The notes under the pieces were generated by a model that searched no databases, was not told where the DNA came from, and worked only from the letters and a program-made list of their open reading frames with translations. A program made the position numbers and the translations under genes. From contig CBIGSA010000001.1 of assembly GCA_966192215.1 (NCBI GenBank), positions 1-58,105 on the forward strand: a stretch of DNA of 58,105 bases. The letters are read 5' to 3'. Below are positions 1 to 9,890 of this stretch, piece by piece (the stretch's first letter is position 1; each line of letters opens with the position of its first letter). Source of the stretch: an uncultured Devosia sp. GTDB lineage: Bacteria; Pseudomonadota; Alphaproteobacteria; Rhizobiales; Devosiaceae.

Positions 1-233
1 AGCAGCATGACGGGCTTACGATAGTGAACGGCCTGGAGGTAGATCCCCAAAGCGAGCTCGCCGAAGTCATAGACACCGCCTTCGACCATGTCGCGGAAGC
101 CTGACGGCGGAGATTTGGGGCCACAGAAGTCGAAGCGAACTCCCGGAAGGGACAAATCGGCCGCCTTGACCGGCAGGAAGGGCTGATGATCGCCGAGATT
201 GGCTCTCAAGGTCAGTATGCCAGCAGGGGTCAT
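1..233 (-). CDS. 4,5-dihydroxyphthalate decarboxylase-like / substrate-binding-fold protein, N-terminal part (runs off window)
   Basis: Not in ORF track. Manual translation from ATG at 233: MTPAGILTLRANLGDHQPFLPVKAADLSLPGVRFDFCGPKSPPSGFRDMVEGGVYDFGELALGIYLQAVHYRKPVML. The FxxMV...DxxE(L/M)AxxxYLQA pattern is typical of the family. It starts 2 nt after the ligK stop. Confidence 0.7.
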   Translation of the reverse strand, partial: MTPAGILTLRANLGDHQPFLPVKAADLSLPGVRFDFCGPKSPPSGFRDMVEGGVYDFGELALGIYLQAVHYRKPVML

Positions 234-235
234 GG

Positions 236-928
236 TCAGCGAATGTCCGATGCCTTGCGATAGACAAGGCCGGCTGCCGCAAGCGACTCGCGCATCTTGT
301 AGAGGTCCAGCCCCAGTTCGCCGGCAGCGAGCCGGGCGCGCTTGTCGTTCTCATTGGCCATGCGCGCGGCCGCCTTGCCGGCTATCTCGACCGCGTCGGC
401 CCTCGGCACCACCACCACCCCATCGTCATCGGCCACCACCACGTCGCCGGGATGCACCAATGCCTCGCCACAGACGACGGGGATATTCACCGATCCGAGC
501 GTGGCCTTGACCGTCCCGGCGGCGGAGATGGCCCGAGACCAGACCGGGAAGCCCATCTCGGCCAGCGTCGCCACATCGCGGCATCCGGCATCCATCACCA
601 CGCCGACGACCCCCCTGGCCTTGAGCGAGGTGGCAAGCAGGTCGCCGAGCATGCCGTCCGTACTTTCCGAGGAGAGCGCGACGACCAGCACATCACCAGG
701 GCCGCACTGCTCCACGGCCACATGCAGCATCCAGTTGTCGCCCGGGCGTGACAAGACCGTCACCGCGGTGCCCGACATCCTGGCCTTTGGCCAGATCGGC
801 CGCAGCCGCGGATGCATCAGCCCGAGCCGGCCCATCGCCTCGTGCACGGTGGCGCTGCCCGCCTCCCCAAGGACCTTGACCGACGCAGCATCAGCGCGCG
901 GGACATCCGTGATGACGACCTTCTGCAT
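236..928 (-). CDS. ligK: 4-carboxy-4-hydroxy-2-oxoadipate aldolase / HMG aldolase (RraA family)
   Basis: ATVHEAMGR, PGDNWMLH, GDLLATS, DAGCRD, GTVKATLGSVN, DDDGVVVVP motifs; start trimmed to MQKVV. Confidence 0.85.
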   Translation of the reverse strand: MQKVVITDVPRADAASVKVLGEAGSATVHEAMGRLGLMHPRLRPIWPKARMSGTAVTVLSRPGDNWMLHVAVEQCGPGDVLVVALSSESTDGMLGDLLATSLKARGVVGVVMDAGCRDVATLAEMGFPVWSRAISAAGTVKATLGSVNIPVVCGEALVHPGDVVVADDDGVVVVPRADAVEIAGKAAARMANENDKRARLAAGELGLDLYKMRESLAAAGLVYRKASDIR

Positions 929-1012
929 CCTTTTCTCCCACCCTCGGCGCGCCGACGGACACCGGCCACGGTCTTTCTGCCGTCGCGCCTTCATCGACCT
1001 TATGCCAAGTCC

Positions 1013-1062
1013 CTATTCACTGCGGAAATTGATACTCTGGTGTGCCTAGTCAGCGGATGAAT
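1013..1062. promoter_or_regulatory. Putative LysR operator region (copy 1)
   Basis: CTATTCACTGCGGAAATTGATA matches 8287-8308 at 19/22 positions; both copies have TGAAT starting 45 nt after the motif start; lies between divergent ligK and lysR. Confidence 0.6.
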
Positions 1063-1088
1063 GCCTGACATGGCGGGAGGAGACTGCA

Positions 1089-2021
1089 ATGCAGACCAAA
1101 ATGGGCGGACTCGATCTCAACCTGCTGGTGGTTTTTGCGGCGGTGATGGACGAGAAAAACGTCACGCGCGCCAGCCAGCGGCTTGGCAAGTCGCAGCCGG
1201 CAACCAGCAATGCGCTGAACCGGCTGCGGCTGCTCATCGGCGATCCGCTGTTCGTGCCCGGGCCGCGCGGCATGCAGCCAACGCCACGGGCCCTCGAGAT
1301 CGCGGCGCCGGTGCGCAACGCGCTGGAGGAACTGCAGAGCACGCTCAGGCAGTCCGAATTCCAACCCGAGCAGACGGGCCGAACCTTCACCGTCGCCATG
1401 TCCTGGCCGGCATCGGCGGTGCTGCTGCCGGAGGTAACCAACCGCACCAGCAAGACACTGGTGAACGTAATCACGGTGCCCAAGGTCTATTCGACCATTC
1501 GCGAGGAGCTTTCATCCGGCCGTGTCGACTTTGCCGTGGGGACGACCTTCGAAGCGCCGTGGCGGTTCATGCAGAAGGTGCTGTTCAAGGATACGTATTG
1601 CTGCGTCGTGCGGGAGGACCACCCCCTGAGGGACAAGCTGACCTATGACAACTACCTCAATGCATCGCACCTGGTGGTGCGCAGTTTCGGCGATGGCGGG
1701 AATCTGTTCGAGAACAAACTGCATACCGAAGGCCACCACCGCCGGATCGCCGCCTCTGCGACCCAGCTGTCGGCCGTGCCGGACATTATCCGGCAGTCCG
1801 ACATGATCTTTTCCGTGCAGCGTCGCGTCTTCGACACGCTGGGCAATGTAGCCGGCCTGGCCGTGCAGAAAATTCCGATCGAGGTCGAGCCGGTCACCAT
1901 ATCGCTGGTGTGGGACGATGCCCGCACGCGGAATTCGGCCAACAAGTGGATGCGCGACATCTTCCTCGACATTTCGCGCCACCTGCCGCCGCCGCGCCAC
2001 CGGCCGGAACTGGATGATTGA
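1089..2021 (+). CDS. LysR family transcriptional regulator (NodD/LeuO-like)
   Basis: LDLNLLVVF...VTRASQRLGKSQPATSNALNRLR...DPLF...MQPTPRA HTH; 310 aa. Confidence 0.95.
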   Translation: MQTKMGGLDLNLLVVFAAVMDEKNVTRASQRLGKSQPATSNALNRLRLLIGDPLFVPGPRGMQPTPRALEIAAPVRNALEELQSTLRQSEFQPEQTGRTFTVAMSWPASAVLLPEVTNRTSKTLVNVITVPKVYSTIREELSSGRVDFAVGTTFEAPWRFMQKVLFKDTYCCVVREDHPLRDKLTYDNYLNASHLVVRSFGDGGNLFENKLHTEGHHRRIAASATQLSAVPDIIRQSDMIFSVQRRVFDTLGNVAGLAVQKIPIEVEPVTISLVWDDARTRNSANKWMRDIFLDISRHLPPPRHRPELDD

Positions 2022-2030
2022 GCGGGAGGG

Positions 2031-3206
2031 TCAGCCGGCTGGATGCCGACGCGCCACGGCCTCGTCGATATCGGCGCCCCATCCCGGACCTGTCGGCACC
2101 GTCAAGGCGCCATTGACGATCTGCAGCGGCGGTGACGACAGCAGTGCGTCGCGCCACGGCACGGCATCGGGGTCGTATTCGAGAAACCTGAAATTGGGGA
2201 TGGATGCGCAGAAATGGGCCGCCATCGCCGCGCTCAAGGGTCCATGGGCATTGTGTGCCGCCACATTGACGTCGAAGGTCCCGGCGAACTCGGCCATGCG
2301 TCGGGATTCGAGAACGCCGTTGAAGACGGGGTCGACAATGGCGACATCCACCGCCCCGGCCAGCAGGTAGGGCTTTATCCGGTGGCGCCCCAGCAGGGTT
2401 TCAAGCGAGGCGATCGGAACATGCGTTTCGGCCCGGATACGCGCCAATTGCTGGGGATCGGCATTGTCCACTTCGAGCCAGGCGAGCCCCAGCGGCTCGA
2501 GCGCGCGCGCCAGGTGCCGGACGCTTTCGCTGGTGAAGTTGAAATTGATGTCGAGCATCAGTTCGGTATTCGCCCCCGCGCCATCGCGGAAAGCCGACAT
2601 CTGCGCCACGGCAGCCGCGACCAGCGCGGGATCGGCGTTGCGGGCATGCCGATCCGGCGCCGTCAGGATGGCCCCGGGGCTTGTGATGTCGTCGGGGAAC
2701 TCGAAGAGATTGGTCTTGAGCGCCCGGTAGCCGCGCGACACCACCTCGGCGCCGAGGGCGGCGATGTGGTCGAGATTTCTGAGCGGCGGGGCAATGCCCA
2801 GCCGAGCGAACAGGTCCGGCCTGCGCAGGCGATACATGCCGCAATGGGACCAGTAGAGCGGCAGGCTGTCGCGCAAGGCACCGCCCAGCAACTGACTCAC
2901 CGGCACGCCAAGCGCCTTGCCGGCAATGTCGAGGCAGGCATTCTCGATGGCCCCGATGGCCATGGCGCGCAGGCCTTCCTGCGGCGCGCGCTGGGACAGT
3001 TGCGCACCGATGCGGGCGGGGCGCGTGGGATCGAGCCCGATAATGGACTCGATCATGGCGCCGACCACCAGATCGAGGCCCTGGCGGCTGCGCTCGACGC
3101 TGAATTCTGACCAGCCGACCAGGCCCTCGTCGGTGGTCAGCTTCAGGAAGGCCCACACGTCCCAGCCGCCATCCACCCGCAGAATCTCGTATCCGGTGAT
3201 CTTCAC
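2031..3206 (-). CDS. Mandelate racemase/muconate lactonizing enzyme family protein
   Basis: FLKLTTDEGLVGWSE, IENACLDIAGKALGVPV, MLDINF/WLEVD/SLET metal ligands, VPTGPGWG. Confidence 0.9.
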   Translation of the reverse strand: MKITGYEILRVDGGWDVWAFLKLTTDEGLVGWSEFSVERSRQGLDLVVGAMIESIIGLDPTRPARIGAQLSQRAPQEGLRAMAIGAIENACLDIAGKALGVPVSQLLGGALRDSLPLYWSHCGMYRLRRPDLFARLGIAPPLRNLDHIAALGAEVVSRGYRALKTNLFEFPDDITSPGAILTAPDRHARNADPALVAAAVAQMSAFRDGAGANTELMLDINFNFTSESVRHLARALEPLGLAWLEVDNADPQQLARIRAETHVPIASLETLLGRHRIKPYLLAGAVDVAIVDPVFNGVLESRRMAEFAGTFDVNVAAHNAHGPLSAAMAAHFCASIPNFRFLEYDPDAVPWRDALLSSPPLQIVNGALTVPTGPGWGADIDEAVARRHPAG

Positions 3207-4177
3207 GAGCGGCCTCCGGGATAAACCTGATGCAGTAAGGGCGCGCCGCGCTGAAAACGCTCAACATTGGCGACGATGACGTCGGCGATACGCTTGCCGG
3301 TGAGATGGCTGCCGCCGCCGGCAATATGGGGCGTGATGACGATGTTGGGGGCCCGCCACAATGGGTGGTGCGAAGGCAGCGGCTCGGGATCGGTGACATC
3401 GAGGGCCGCACCCCTGAGCTGCCTGCGGACCAGGGCATCGGTCAACGCTGCGCTGTCGACCACAGTACCGCGGCCGACATTGACCAGCAGTGCTCCTGGC
3501 TTCATGGCCCCAAGGCGGGCGGCATCCATCAGATGGCGGGTATCTGGCGCCCCCGGCAGCGCCAGGACAACCACATCGGCAATGGAAAGTGCCGCCTCGA
3601 TCTCGGAAATGGCGAAGGTGCGATCGAGGCCGGCGAGCGCAGCGCCGCTGCGCGTCACCCCGATGAGCGTGACGCCGAAGGGCTGGAGCCGCTGCGCCAG
3701 CGCGAGACCGACATGCCCCATGCCGACAATCGTGACCGTCGAGCCTTCCAGCGTCCTGAGGCAGGGCCGGATTGGCGCATTGTCCCAGCGGTGGGCGGCC
3801 TGCGCTGCGGCGGTGAGCGCCAATTGCCGGTTGCAAGCCAGGATCAGGGCCAAAGCATGCTCGGCAACGGCGGGCGCCGCGGCCCCGCCGCCATTGGTGA
3901 TGGCGAGGTGGTCGGGCAGCGGATGCGACAGCATTCCGCCATAACCGGCCGAAACAACATGCACCCAGCTCGTGCGGGCATCCGGCCGGCGCAAAGCCGC
4001 CGCGAGGACGGCCCCATCCGGCCCTCGAGGATCGGAGAGGATGACAGCATCGAGCCCTGGAACTTCGGTCGCCACCTGCGCGACCGAGTCGAATTCGACC
4101 GGCTCGACATCCGCCATCTCCGCCAGGGCGGACAGGATCGGTTGCCGGGCGATGCGGCCGGCAATGGCAATACGCAT
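3203..4177 (-). CDS. D-2-hydroxyacid dehydrogenase
   Basis: VAEHA, GMGHVG Rossmann motif, NVGRG, LDVTDPEPL, ITPHIAG. Confidence 0.92.
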   Translation of the reverse strand: MRIAIAGRIARQPILSALAEMADVEPVEFDSVAQVATEVPGLDAVILSDPRGPDGAVLAAALRRPDARTSWVHVVSAGYGGMLSHPLPDHLAITNGGGAAAPAVAEHALALILACNRQLALTAAAQAAHRWDNAPIRPCLRTLEGSTVTIVGMGHVGLALAQRLQPFGVTLIGVTRSGAALAGLDRTFAISEIEAALSIADVVVLALPGAPDTRHLMDAARLGAMKPGALLVNVGRGTVVDSAALTDALVRRQLRGAALDVTDPEPLPSHHPLWRAPNIVITPHIAGGGSHLTGKRIADVIVANVERFQRGAPLLHQVYPGGRS

Positions 4178-4188
4178 GGCCGGGACCG

Positions 4189-5928
4189 TCAGGTCAGCCG
4201 GCTGAAGCGTGGCCGGGCAAAGCGCATGACCAGGCCGACAGCAACTGCCGAGAAGACTGTGACCACCACCGCGAGCGCGGCCAGATTGGAGTAGGTGCCG
4301 CTCTCATAGATGTCCTGGATACGGAAGCCGATGACCATGTTGCGCGGGCCGGAGAGGATGGCCGCCGCCGTCAGGTCGCCTACGATGTCGGCGAAGATCA
4401 GCGCCCAACCCGCGGCCATGCCCGGAAGAGTCAAGGGCAGCAGCACCTTCCAGAACGTCCGCCCCTTGGTGGCGCCATTGACGCGGGAGGCCTCGACCAG
4501 CTGGTTGCCGATCTGCGCCACCGACGACTCGGAGGCAATGGCCGCCTGCGGCATGCGGGCGATGACATAGGCGATGATGAGGATGTAGAGCGTGCCGTTG
4601 AGGAAGAACGGCGCGGGCCCGAAGGCGAGCAAAAGCCCGATGGCCAGCACCAAGGTCGACATGGCAGAAGGCAGCTTGGTCAACAGCCCCAGCCACTGGC
4701 CGCGCCGGCCACCGACTTCGTTGGCATAGATGGCCATGGTGCCGGCGATGAACACGGTGAGCGTCGCCGCCACAATGCCCAGCACCATCGAATTGCGGAT
4801 GGCCACGGCCGATGCCGGCTCCAGCAGGGCATTGATCAGGTTGTCGATCGACATCGCCGAGAGGTTGATGCGGGGCGTCCAGTAGTTCTGCAGCGAGACG
4901 ATGAACAGCGCTCCGATCGGCAGGACCGAGGTCATCATCATGTAGATCAGCAGCAGGATGCGCGCCGGAATCTTCCAGACACCAAGGGAGATGCGGTTGG
5001 GCCGCACGCCCATGCCGCCGATGCGGGCATATTGCGCCATTACCGCGATGCGGCGCTGGATGATCCAGATCGAGGCGACGACCAGCATCATCATCAAACC
5101 GATGCAGACCGCTTCATCGATGGCGGGCGGGAAACGGCCATTGATCAGCCGGGTGAGATAGGTCGGCAGCACGATGATCTGCGCCGGCCCGGCGATGATC
5201 GCTGCGATGGAATAGAGTTCGATCGTGGCGATGGTGGTCAGCAGGAAGGCCGAGCCAAGGGCCGGCTTCACGGCCGGCATCGCGATCTGGAACAGGCATT
5301 GCCACCAGGACTTGCCGCTCATGCGGGCAGCTTCCTCGAGCGACGGATCGAGCTGACGGAAGGAGGCGGCGATGATGACGTAGCTGTTGGGCACCAGGAA
5401 CAGCACATAGACGAAGACGAGGCCGAACCAGCTGTAGATGGAAAAGCCGACACTGCCGCCATCAACACCGACGAAGGAGAGGAGCCACTTGATGAAGGCG
5501 GGCAGAAAGCCTGCCCCCGGATCGCCCAGGAACAGCCAGCCGATGGCCAGCGTCGAGGGCGGCAGCAGCAGCGGCACGATGGGGAAGAAGGTCGACAGCA
5601 CGCCCATGCGCGCATCGCTGCGCTCATTGAGCCATGCAAACACGACGGCGATTGGGATGACCAGGATGTTGCAGCAGACCACCAAGATGGCAGTATTCAT
5701 CACCGCTTCGCCCAGGCCGCGGCCCGAGAACACCCGGCCCCACAATTCGGTGCTGAATTCGCCATCAGGCAGCAGGGCCTGCTGGATCATCCGGAGCAGC
5801 GGAAAACCGGTGACGAACAGGATGAGCGCGGCCAGACCGATGACGATGGCGCCATAGAAGCCGAAGCGCTGGCGGCGAACGATGGTGTGGGCCGAACCGC
5901 CCCCCGTCTCAGTCAGCGCGGCAGCCAC
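4189..5928 (-). CDS. ABC transporter permease, fused two-domain FbpB-like
   Basis: Two EAA loops (LDPSLEEAARMSG; LVEASRVNGA) and many TM segments; start uncertain, GTG at 5928 chosen. Confidence 0.85.
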   Translation of the reverse strand: MAAALTETGGGSAHTIVRRQRFGFYGAIVIGLAALILFVTGFPLLRMIQQALLPDGEFSTELWGRVFSGRGLGEAVMNTAILVVCCNILVIPIAVVFAWLNERSDARMGVLSTFFPIVPLLLPPSTLAIGWLFLGDPGAGFLPAFIKWLLSFVGVDGGSVGFSIYSWFGLVFVYVLFLVPNSYVIIAASFRQLDPSLEEAARMSGKSWWQCLFQIAMPAVKPALGSAFLLTTIATIELYSIAAIIAGPAQIIVLPTYLTRLINGRFPPAIDEAVCIGLMMMLVVASIWIIQRRIAVMAQYARIGGMGVRPNRISLGVWKIPARILLLIYMMMTSVLPIGALFIVSLQNYWTPRINLSAMSIDNLINALLEPASAVAIRNSMVLGIVAATLTVFIAGTMAIYANEVGGRRGQWLGLLTKLPSAMSTLVLAIGLLLAFGPAPFFLNGTLYILIIAYVIARMPQAAIASESSVAQIGNQLVEASRVNGATKGRTFWKVLLPLTLPGMAAGWALIFADIVGDLTAAAILSGPRNMVIGFRIQDIYESGTYSNLAALAVVVTVFSAVAVGLVMRFARPRFSRLT

Positions 5929-7073
5929 AGCAGGGCCTCCTGGGGAATGCCGATCTCGATATCGGACCCGCTTTGCGGGCCGACGAAGTCGGGATTGGTG
6001 ATCGAGGCGATGACGAGCGTGTCGCCCACCGAGAGGCGAACCTCCCAGCGCGAGCCGAGAAAGACCGTCTCGCGGACCCGCGCCCGCACCCGGACAACAT
6101 TCTCGCCCGCAGCAGGCTGCAGCCGGATGAATTCGGGACGTACGGCGACCCAGCCGGCGCTGCCGACCGCGGGAGGATCGACATGAAGGCCGATCTCGAG
6201 CCGACCAAGCTCGGTATCGACGGTGGCCGCCTGTGGACCGGAGGCGACGACCGTGGCACGGAACCGGCACGCCTCGCCGACGAAATCGGCCACATAGGTG
6301 GATTTGGGCCGGCGATAGATATCGATGGTCGAGCCGATCTGGGCGATAGCGCCGTTCTCCATGACGACCAGCGTATCGGCGAGTTCCATCGCCTCTTCCT
6401 GGTCATGCGTGACATAGACGGCGGAAAAGCCAGTCGCCTTCTTTATCTCGCGGAGCTCGAGGCGCAGCCGCCGGCGCACTTTCGCGTCGACATTAGACAG
6501 CGGCTCGTCGAACAGCAGCACGGATGGCTTGCGCACCATGGCGCGCGCCAGGGCGACGCGCTGCTGCTGTCCGCCGCTGAGCTGGGACGGATAGCGGGTA
6601 TCGAGTCCTTCGATACCCATCTTGTCCATCTGGTCGGTGACGGCAGCGCGGATCTGGTCCTTGCTCATGCCGGTGTCCGACGTCAGCGGATAGGCGATAT
6701 TGTTGAACACGGTCATATGCGGCCACAGCGCGTAGGACTGGAACATCATGCCCAGGCCGCGCCGCTCAGGCTCGACAAATACCCTGGGGCCGAAAACGGT
6801 GGTGTCACCGATCGAAATCTGGCCGGAGGTCGGCGTTTCAAGACCGGCAATGCAGCGCAGCAGCGTGGTCTTGCCGCAGCCGCTGGGGCCCAACAGCACG
6901 ACGAGATGCCCCTCGGGGACCTGCAGGGAAACGTCGCTGAGCGCGGTCACCGCGCCGCCATAGACCTTGGTCAGGCCATCGATCCGGACTGCGGCAGTGC
7001 GCGCCGCACCCTGCGTGACCGATCCCTCGACCGGGCGTTGCCGGTCGATCGTGCTGGTAGTCATGGAAACCAT
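5913..7073 (-). CDS. ABC transporter ATP-binding protein (FbpC/PotA-like)
   Basis: [38 protein letters not shown]-terminal TOBE-like region. Confidence 0.95.
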   Translation of the reverse strand: MVSMTTSTIDRQRPVEGSVTQGAARTAAVRIDGLTKVYGGAVTALSDVSLQVPEGHLVVLLGPSGCGKTTLLRCIAGLETPTSGQISIGDTTVFGPRVFVEPERRGLGMMFQSYALWPHMTVFNNIAYPLTSDTGMSKDQIRAAVTDQMDKMGIEGLDTRYPSQLSGGQQQRVALARAMVRKPSVLLFDEPLSNVDAKVRRRLRLELREIKKATGFSAVYVTHDQEEAMELADTLVVMENGAIAQIGSTIDIYRRPKSTYVADFVGEACRFRATVVASGPQAATVDTELGRLEIGLHVDPPAVGSAGWVAVRPEFIRLQPAAGENVVRVRARVRETVFLGSRWEVRLSVGDTLVIASITNPDFVGPQSGSDIEIGIPQEALLWLPR

Positions 7074-7137
7074 CCTCGATCCTGGAATGCGCCCGCAGCC
7101 GATGGCCGGCTGCGGGATCTGGTTGGCGTGAACCGAG

Positions 7138-8163
7138 TTACTTCACGCCCAGCATGTCGAAGAGCGTCGTCATTTCGGCCTCGTCCAGACCCTCGGCGAT
7201 CTCGACGATATTGCCCTGCGGTCGCGCCATGCAGCCCAGCGCGCCATCCGGATCGCCCGGGCTCACCGTGTAGTTGGTAGCGCAGGTCGAGGTGATGCCG
7301 GCATCAGAAATCAGCCAATCCATGAACAGCTTGGCCGCGTTGGGATGGGGCGCATTGGCCGCGGCACCGAAGTTGAAGCGGTTGGTCACCGTCGGCTCGG
7401 CCATGTAGACATATTCGACCGGCGCACCGTCTGCGATCAGGCCGCTGGCGAAGGAGATGGCGCTGGGAAAGTTCAGCGGCTTGGCGCCGGCGGCGATCTG
7501 CTGGGCGCCCGTCTGGCCCGAGGCAACGACCTGGAAGTCCATGCCGGCCAGGGTCTGGATGTAGGGATCGCCAAACGTGTCGTGCATGGCCTTGAGCCAG
7601 CCACCCCAGTTCACGCTGGACTGGGTATCGGCCAGGATGATCTGCCCGTTCCACTTGGGGTCGATGACATCCTGCCAGACCCTGGGCGCATCCTCGGGGG
7701 ATACGAGGTCCTTGTTGTAGATGAGGCCCAGTACGCCGCGGGACATGATCACGCGATAGGGCGACTTGGAGTCCTCGGGCCAGGCTTCGTAATGCGGCAG
7801 GTTCTCCTTGGAGAGGTCCATGAACCACTCGGAATTCCCGTCGAAATAGGCCGACTCGCTGGTTCCGACAATGTCGGCACCCTGCAGGCCGGCTGCCTGT
7901 TCGGTGGCGAAACGCTGGGTGGTCTGCGCACCGGTCAGCCGGACGATCTCGACCGGAATGCCGTAGTCCTTGTTGAAGTCGGCAGCATAGCGCTCGAGCT
8001 GGACGCTGCTGGCTCCCGAATAGATGACGACCGACCCCTCGGCCTGCGCCGCCGCCACCAGTTCGGCCATTTCGGCGTCGCTCATCTGTGCCTGGGCCCC
8101 GACAGTTCCCAAAAGCATTGCGAACGCGCTTGTCGCGAGCGCCAAGCCACTTGTGATCTTCAT
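7138..8163 (-). CDS. ABC transporter substrate-binding protein (Fe3+/thiamine/polyamine-like class)
   Basis: Signal peptide MKITSGLALAT...AQA; AAAQAEGSVVIYS, APHPNAAKLFMDW. Confidence 0.88.
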   Translation of the reverse strand: MKITSGLALATSAFAMLLGTVGAQAQMSDAEMAELVAAAQAEGSVVIYSGASSVQLERYAADFNKDYGIPVEIVRLTGAQTTQRFATEQAAGLQGADIVGTSESAYFDGNSEWFMDLSKENLPHYEAWPEDSKSPYRVIMSRGVLGLIYNKDLVSPEDAPRVWQDVIDPKWNGQIILADTQSSVNWGGWLKAMHDTFGDPYIQTLAGMDFQVVASGQTGAQQIAAGAKPLNFPSAISFASGLIADGAPVEYVYMAEPTVTNRFNFGAAANAPHPNAAKLFMDWLISDAGITSTCATNYTVSPGDPDGALGCMARPQGNIVEIAEGLDEAEMTTLFDMLGVK

Positions 8164-8286
8164 GAAATCCTCCCTGTCCCGCAACGCGGGTCCTGATCCC
8201 TATGCGTAGAACAGCCACGCCTTGCGTGAGGCTGTATGGGAACCGGTCTCTGGCCAGCCCTCCACTGCATCGAGCTTAGCAAAGCA

Positions 8287-8336
8287 CTATTCACCGCAGA
8301 AATTCATATCCGTGAGCCGACCCGTGCTTGGTGAAT
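8287..8336. promoter_or_regulatory. Putative LysR operator region (copy 2)
   Basis: CTATTCACCGCAGAAATTCATA plus TGAAT at the same spacing as copy 1; upstream of the ABC/dehydrogenase/enolase operon. Confidence 0.6.
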
Positions 8337-8430
8337 GGTGGCGAGCGCCGGTGATCATAGCCAAAACAAGCAGGCGCGGCTCTCCCGAACCGCGCCTGCT
8401 CGCTGATTGTGATAGGGGAGGAACGGCGCG

Positions 8431-9840
8431 CTAGCGGGGCAGCCATTCCAGCCGGGACGAGCCGGCAGGCGCCGGCGGGAGGCTCCAATAGGGACTGGTC
8501 ACCGAATAGTCGACGATCGGGTTGGCGTGGGTGACATCGCCGAAGGCCGTGGTGCGCCTACCCACCTCGCCCTCGCGGGGCTGATAGCGACCCAGGCCCG
8601 CCACCTCGGTATCCGGATCGAGCCGACCCTGGGCGAGAACCCACATCGAGGCCTGGGTGAGCGAGGTGGTGACGTGGTAGCTCCCCCCTTCCCGGCTGCG
8701 CCGCAGCAGCGCCCCCATAATGCCCGCTCCGGCGAGATAGGGGGCAAGGTAGTCATTCATGGTCACGGTGGGGGCGCCACGCGGCGCGCCCGGCAAGCCC
8801 TCCTGCCATTGCAGGCCGGAGACAGCCTGGCCGACCGGCTCATAGCCGCCACGCTCAGCCCACGGGCCTTCCGATCCATAGCAACTGATGGAGACATAGA
8901 TGATTCCGGGCCGGCGCCTGGCCAGTTCTTCCGGCCCCAGCCCCTTGCGCTGCATCACGCCGGGCCGCCAGTTCTGGATGAAGATGTCGGCTTCGGACGC
9001 CATCCGTTGCATCTGCGCGACGTCTTCGGGTGCGTTCAGATTGGCATAGGCACTGCGCTTGCCAAAAGCGGTGTCGATATGGACGTGCGTCTTTTCCTGC
9101 TCGAAGGGATTGACGGCATGCAGCACGTCGCCGCCCTGCTCGGCCAGCAGGCGCCCGGTCGAGGGGCCGGCAATGACATGGGATGCCTCGAGCACGCGCA
9201 GGCCATCGAGGGGACGAGCAGCGGCGCTGAACGGCTCGGGATCGCTGTCGCCAATCTTTTCGATGTGAAAGCCGGGGCGGGTCGCAAGAAATGCTCCCTG
9301 CGGATGGGCCAGCCACTCTTCGGGACGCCGGATCATCGCGCCGGGTACCTTGTGGACCGCGAGCGCCTCCTCAAGCTCATGCCAGCGCCAGTTGGCCACC
9401 GCCTCGGCAATGCCGGCCGTGCTGTTGGGCGAGCGGAGCAGGCCGACCAGATCCTGGGTGATCGTTCCCCGATTGGTGTTCCGCAGCAGATAGATCAGCC
9501 GCTCGTCGGCGGTCCGGAACACGTTCTCGGCCCGGGTAAAGCTGCCGACACGAAAACTCTGGCCGTTCTGGGTGCAGTAAAAGGCCGAGCGCAGGCCGAC
9601 ATTGACGGCGCGGGCCAGGTCGATGGTGATGTCCTGCCCCTGCCCAGTCCGCTCGCGCCAGACAAGCGCGATCCCGGCGCCATAGACGGCGAGCGCCGCG
9701 GCCGTAGCCGCGCCGTAGCGGTGCAGGCTGGGCACGACCGGGTCGTCGCCGACGAACCGCACCGCGCCCGCCAGGTCGCCGGCATCGATCCCGGCGCGGT
9801 CAAGCAGAATTCGAAAGGCGCTCTCAGCTTTGGCACTCAT
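8431..9840 (-). CDS. Family III CoA-transferase (CaiB/BaiF), long form with N-terminal extension
   Basis: PLDGLRVLEASHVIAGP, FGKRS, ADIFIQNWRPG, SISCYGSEGPW, likely catalytic Asp in MNDY. Confidence 0.88.
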   Translation of the reverse strand: MSAKAESAFRILLDRAGIDAGDLAGAVRFVGDDPVVPSLHRYGAATAAALAVYGAGIALVWRERTGQGQDITIDLARAVNVGLRSAFYCTQNGQSFRVGSFTRAENVFRTADERLIYLLRNTNRGTITQDLVGLLRSPNSTAGIAEAVANWRWHELEEALAVHKVPGAMIRRPEEWLAHPQGAFLATRPGFHIEKIGDSDPEPFSAAARPLDGLRVLEASHVIAGPSTGRLLAEQGGDVLHAVNPFEQEKTHVHIDTAFGKRSAYANLNAPEDVAQMQRMASEADIFIQNWRPGVMQRKGLGPEELARRRPGIIYVSISCYGSEGPWAERGGYEPVGQAVSGLQWQEGLPGAPRGAPTVTMNDYLAPYLAGAGIMGALLRRSREGGSYHVTTSLTQASMWVLAQGRLDPDTEVAGLGRYQPREGEVGRRTTAFGDVTHANPIVDYSVTSPYWSLPPAPAGSSRLEWLPR

Positions 9841-9890
9841 TACAGAAGGTCCTCCGGCGTCCAGCGCCTCAATTGGGATGGCAGGCGCGG

